Assembly (NCBI GenBank): GCA_963749735.1
Contig: CAVVNZ010000003.1
Span: 96,300 to 160,299 of the forward strand
From: an uncultured Chloroflexia bacterium
GTDB lineage: Bacteria > Chloroflexota > Limnocylindria > Limnocylindrales > CSP1-4
Reading direction: 5' to 3'
DNA: 64,000 nucleotides
Within the stretch, counting starts at the first letter, position 1. Every line of letters begins with the position of its first letter. Made by a program: the position numbers and the translations under genes. Below, piece by piece: positions 60,671-64,000 of this stretch. The notes below the pieces were generated by a model. The model was not told where the DNA came from. It searched no databases and saw nothing but the letters and a program-made list of their open reading frames with translations.

Positions 60671-61468
60671 ATGACCCTTCCCGACGACGACCGCGTCATC
60701 GACCCCGGTGCGCCGCAGTACAACGCGACGCTCGTCCGGCGGGTCGACCACACGGACGATCTCGCCACCTTCTGGGTCCGCTACGACGAGGAGCCGGTCC
60801 CGTTCGAACCCGGTCAGTACATGACCACCGGCGTGTTCGCCGACGGCAAGCTCTGGCAGCGGCCCTACTCGGTCGCATCCGCGCCGCGGGAGTCGGGCAA
60901 CGGCGGGTACGAGTTCTACGTCCGGCTCGTCCCGATCATCCGGTTCACGACGCTGCTGTGGCGGCTGCCCCTCGGCCACCGGATGCGGATGATCGGCCCG
61001 AAGGGCAAGTTCCTGCTCGAGCCGGATGACCACCGGACCCACCTGTTCATCTCGACGGGGACCGGGATCGCGCCGTTCATGTCGATGATGCGCGAGACCC
61101 TGGCCGAAGGACGGCCGCGCAAGACCGTCGTCCTGCACGGCTGCTCGTACGTCGACGAGCTCGGCTACCGCGCCGAGCTCGAGGCGTGGCAGCGCGACGG
61201 CACCTATCCGCTGACCTACGTCCCGACGATCAGCCGTCCGGGCGATCCCCGCAACGCCGGCTGGACCGGGCGGGGAGGGCGGGCCGAGCACGTGGTCCGG
61301 GACGTCTGCCGGGACCTCCACCTGCGGCCGGATCGGACCGTCGTCTACATCTGCGGCAACCCCGACATGATCCTCAACGCCGAGTCCGTCCTGATGGACG
61401 GCGGTTTCCCCGAGTTCCACGTCAAGAAGGAGCTCTACTGGCCGAAGGGCAAAACAGTCACGGTGTAG
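60671..61468 (+). CDS. Ferredoxin--NADP(+) reductase-type FAD/NAD(P)-binding oxidoreductase
   Basis: The FAD-binding region reads RPYSVAS; the NAD-binding region reads LFISTGTGIAPF; the C-terminus reads YICGNPDM. Confidence 0.85.
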   Translation: MTLPDDDRVIDPGAPQYNATLVRRVDHTDDLATFWVRYDEEPVPFEPGQYMTTGVFADGKLWQRPYSVASAPRESGNGGYEFYVRLVPIIRFTTLLWRLPLGHRMRMIGPKGKFLLEPDDHRTHLFISTGTGIAPFMSMMRETLAEGRPRKTVVLHGCSYVDELGYRAELEAWQRDGTYPLTYVPTISRPGDPRNAGWTGRGGRAEHVVRDVCRDLHLRPDRTVVYICGNPDMILNAESVLMDGGFPEFHVKKELYWPKGKTVTV

Positions 61469-61822
61469 GGCAAATGCGGGCTGCCGAAGGTCACGATCGC
61501 CGGGCCGCCCGGCACAGTCCCAGCCGAGTCCTAGAGTTCGGCCCGCCGCGCAATGCGACCTCGAGCTTTGCGCGCCTCCGGCATCGACCGCTGGTTCGCG
61601 GAGTGGAACGGCGCCAGAATGCCCATCGAGGCTGTACCAGTCTCAGCTCGGGCCAGCCGGTTGCCGCGCAGTCGGCACTCGCCGAGGCCATCTGTCGCTC
61701 GTCGATGCCGCAACTCGCCGACTCGACGCTGGCCGCCGACAAGGTGTTGGCGTGCTGGCGAGCGTCTCGCGCATCCGGACGAGGGCGACGAGTCACGAGC
61801 CGCCGTCAGCCGCGTAGGTCTT

Positions 61823-62656
61823 TCATCCCCCTTGGTGTGCCGCGCGTGTGGCGGTACGGGCGAGTCCGGGATCCGAATGCGGCCGGAGGATGGCAGCTGC
61901 AGCCAGGATCGCTGACGCGACACCGATGATCGTGATGGCGACCGCCACGGGCACCGCGGTCTGATCACCAGCCGCCGCCATCAGGATGATGCCGCCCACC
62001 ACGCCACCACCCATGAGGGGAACCCATACCAGCATCGGAAACGCGAAGGTGGCCGCGCTGCTCCGGCGCAGCAGGCCGACTCCGGCGGCCGCGCAGAGTG
62101 GCAGGAAGAACGCGAGGTCGAGGGCGTAGACCGGATTGCTGGAGACGCCCGCCTTGATGAGGTCTGCCGGCAAGGTCCCGGTGATGCTCGTCGCGACGAT
62201 CTGCGCGAGCCAGAGCAGGCCGAACAACAGGCCGACGGCGAGCAGGAGCCCGCCCGCAGCGCGCCGATTGAGCCGGTCGGCCAGGTCCTCAGTCCCCTCG
62301 ACGGCTTCGCTACCGCCAAGGAGCAGGCTCCACAGCGCCAAACCGAGGATGGCGATGTGCATGAGCGTCAGTGGGTTCATCGCCACCGAGAAGGCGAAGA
62401 TCGCGTAGTTGTAGACGAGGTACAGGAGCCCGGCCACCATCGCCAGCCGGCCCGCCGCAGAGCCCCGTCCGGCCAGCCACTGGCCGATGGCCAGCACGGG
62501 AACAGCCAAAAAGAGCGTCGCGAGATCTGTGCCACGTGCCTGCTGGACCCAGTTCGGCGAGTCGACGTACAGGCCGGTGATGAGGAGGCCACCCATCGCT
62601 GCGACCCCGGCGAGGATCGTGGCGACGGCGGCGAATCGCTTCGAGATCGCGTTCAC
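61823..62656 (-). CDS. Hypothetical polytopic membrane protein (277 aa), paralog of 28518-29348
   Basis: GTG at 62656 with an excellent RBS (GAAGGAGGACATACC GTG). A conserved block reads DLATLFLAVPVLAIGQWL...YLVYNYAIFAFSVAMNPLTLMHIAILGLALWSLLL. Confidence 0.7.
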   Translation of the reverse strand: MNAISKRFAAVATILAGVAAMGGLLITGLYVDSPNWVQQARGTDLATLFLAVPVLAIGQWLAGRGSAAGRLAMVAGLLYLVYNYAIFAFSVAMNPLTLMHIAILGLALWSLLLGGSEAVEGTEDLADRLNRRAAGGLLLAVGLLFGLLWLAQIVATSITGTLPADLIKAGVSSNPVYALDLAFFLPLCAAAGVGLLRRSSAATFAFPMLVWVPLMGGGVVGGIILMAAAGDQTAVPVAVAITIIGVASAILAAAAILRPHSDPGLARTATRAAHQGG

Positions 62657-63020
62657 GGTATGTCCTCCTTCGTTCGATCGAGACACCTGATGCCCCATGA
62701 ACAGCTTCGGCTCGCAAACCCATCCGGCCATAGGGCCATAACGCCCGATTGCCATCTAGGCCCCGCTGCCGCACCCGATCCCGTCGTCGTGTCCATTCCC
62801 GGCCGCGCTCTAGACCTGTTGTATCCCGATGGGGCATTCAGCACCGAGCCGGTGTGGTCGGGTCGTTGGAACTCGGACAATCCTCGCCGCCCGCCGGGGG
62901 CAGGCTTGGATCATGTCGCCGGGTGATCCAGTTGACTGGTTCTTGATGCCCGCCGCCGAAGCAACTGAGCCATGCCCAACTCGCGGACGTCCTCGGGCGA
63001 CCGCCGGTCCGATGGCCGAG

Positions 63021-64000
63021 TCAGCGCTTCGACCACCGGCGAACGACGATGGCCCAGGCGCGGGCCGGGATGCCAAGCCGCAGCAGGGCGATGACGGTGG
63101 CCATCCAGGCGAGGGCGAACGCGAAGAGTGCCGCCAGCGTCTCCACCGGCAGTGGCTCCAGCTCGAAGATGGACCGTCCGAATGGCGTGGCCAGGATCGC
63201 GCCATACAGGATCACCATCCCGCCCGCGAGGAGCAGCGGCCGCCGGTCACCGCCGCGCCCGACCGGGCCAGATCGATCCGGCACCGCTGGAAAGAGGATG
63301 GGGATGAGGGCGATCCCGGTGAACACGGTCAGGGTCGTGATGATGGACCGTCCGATCGCCGGGTCCTCCGCCGCGAAGGCGACCACCAGGACCGGGACGG
63401 CGAGGATGGCGACCGCGATCCCCGACGGGACAGCAAACGCGAGGATCCGCGAGACGACGCTGCGGGGCGACCGGATGGGCGGCACCCAGAGCGCCAGAAC
63501 GAGGGTCGGCAATCCGACGGTGACCAGGGCGAGCACCGCGTTGTTCCGCGGCGTGAACGGGAACGGGACCCCCAGGAGGGCCGCCGCCACGACGATGAAC
63601 AGCATGTAGATCGTGCGAGCCAGCAGCAGGCTCGCGACCGCGATCATCGACGACACGACCCGTTGGCCCTCCACGATCGCCCGGGGCAGGACGTCGAACC
63701 GGTCGCCCAGGAGGATCAGGCCGGCCACCGCGCGTGCCGCGGGACTGCCGCTCTCCATAGCGATGCCGAGGTTGGCTGCCCGCAGCGCCAGCACGTCGTT
63801 GACGCCGTCGCCCGTCATCCCGACGTAGTGGCCGGCGGTCCGGAGCGCGGCGACCAGGCGGCGCTTGTCCTCCGGCCCGATCCGCCCGAAGACGCGGGCG
63901 CGGTCCGCCGAGACGGCCAGCTCCTCGTCGTCCATCGCTTCGATCTGCAGGCCGGACAGGACAGTCCCCGGCGCGATGCCGACGGTCGAGGCGATCGCGG
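63021..64000 (-). CDS. P-type (HAD-superfamily) cation-transporting ATPase, C-terminal portion; 5' end lies beyond the window
   Basis: The hinge motif MTGDGVNDVLAL is followed by 4-5 C-terminal TM helices. The ORF remains open to the window edge. Confidence 0.8.
   Translation of the reverse strand, partial: AIASTVGIAPGTVLSGLQIEAMDDEELAVSADRARVFGRIGPEDKRRLVAALRTAGHYVGMTGDGVNDVLALRAANLGIAMESGSPAARAVAGLILLGDRFDVLPRAIVEGQRVVSSMIAVASLLLARTIYMLFIVVAAALLGVPFPFTPRNNAVLALVTVGLPTLVLALWVPPIRSPRSVVSRILAFAVPSGIAVAILAVPVLVVAFAAEDPAIGRSIITTLTVFTGIALIPILFPAVPDRSGPVGRGGDRRPLLLAGGMVILYGAILATPFGRSIFELEPLPVETLAALFAFALAWMATVIALLRLGIPARAWAIVVRRWSKR

Noticed and set aside
59066-61468. 800-aa plus-strand ORF
   Set aside because: Its first ~530 codons are antisense to ppdK and have an Arg/Gly/Pro-rich nonsense composition. 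Only the last 265 codons (60671-61468) are a real FNR gene. This is a typical high-GC antisense open frame.
1-64000. Mobile elements, integrases, transposases, phage genes, toxin-antitoxin pairs
   Set aside because: No ORF in any frame showed DDE or tyrosine-recombinase signatures, terminal inverted repeats around a transposase-sized ORF, or phage structural motifs.

Overview
This is a 64 kb chromosomal segment with very high GC (~70-72%) and strong GC3 codon bias, most consistent with an actinobacterial-type genome; no lineage was confirmed. I support about 50 protein-coding genes, and found no rRNA, tRNA, CRISPR array, transposase or integrase. Frame breaks consistent with single-base indels interrupt at least 15 genes, including a LuxR-type regulator, an ABC-2 permease, tdk, a GH36 alpha-galactosidase and an MFS transporter. 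They recur too often to be ordinary gene decay, so I treat them as indel-type sequence error or synthetic perturbation; in the feature list, 'frameshifted' means the locus was reconstructed across frames. The ORF track includes stop codons in its coordinates, and GTG/TTG/CTG starts are printed as M. Gene content includes an ABC-2 exporter pair, a lacZ(GH2) plus GH36 alpha-galactosidase operon, a GH18 hydrolase, a secreted M14 carboxypeptidase, an LCP cell-wall transferase, a MurJ flippase with an extra C-terminal ectodomain, ppdK, an FNR-type reductase, a Zn alcohol dehydrogenase, tdk, an OmpR/histidine-kinase two-component pair, a voltage-gated K+ channel, a GGDEF diguanylate cyclase, a TPR-adenylate cyclase and a cold-shock protein. 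Most noteworthy are a single-polypeptide NERD nuclease plus SF1 helicase (Nhi-like defence candidate), a ~1300-aa SARP-BTAD-nucleotide cyclase-AAA-TPR fusion regulator divergent from a vanadium-haloperoxidase-like gene, and six copies of a GTGATGCG-N6-CGCATCAC palindrome bracketing the K+ channel gene. Also notable are an SGNH hydrolase fused to a macro domain, two paralogous 276-aa polytopic membrane proteins 33 kb apart, and a MerR gene with a perfect 8-8-8 palindromic operator followed by a vWA gene.
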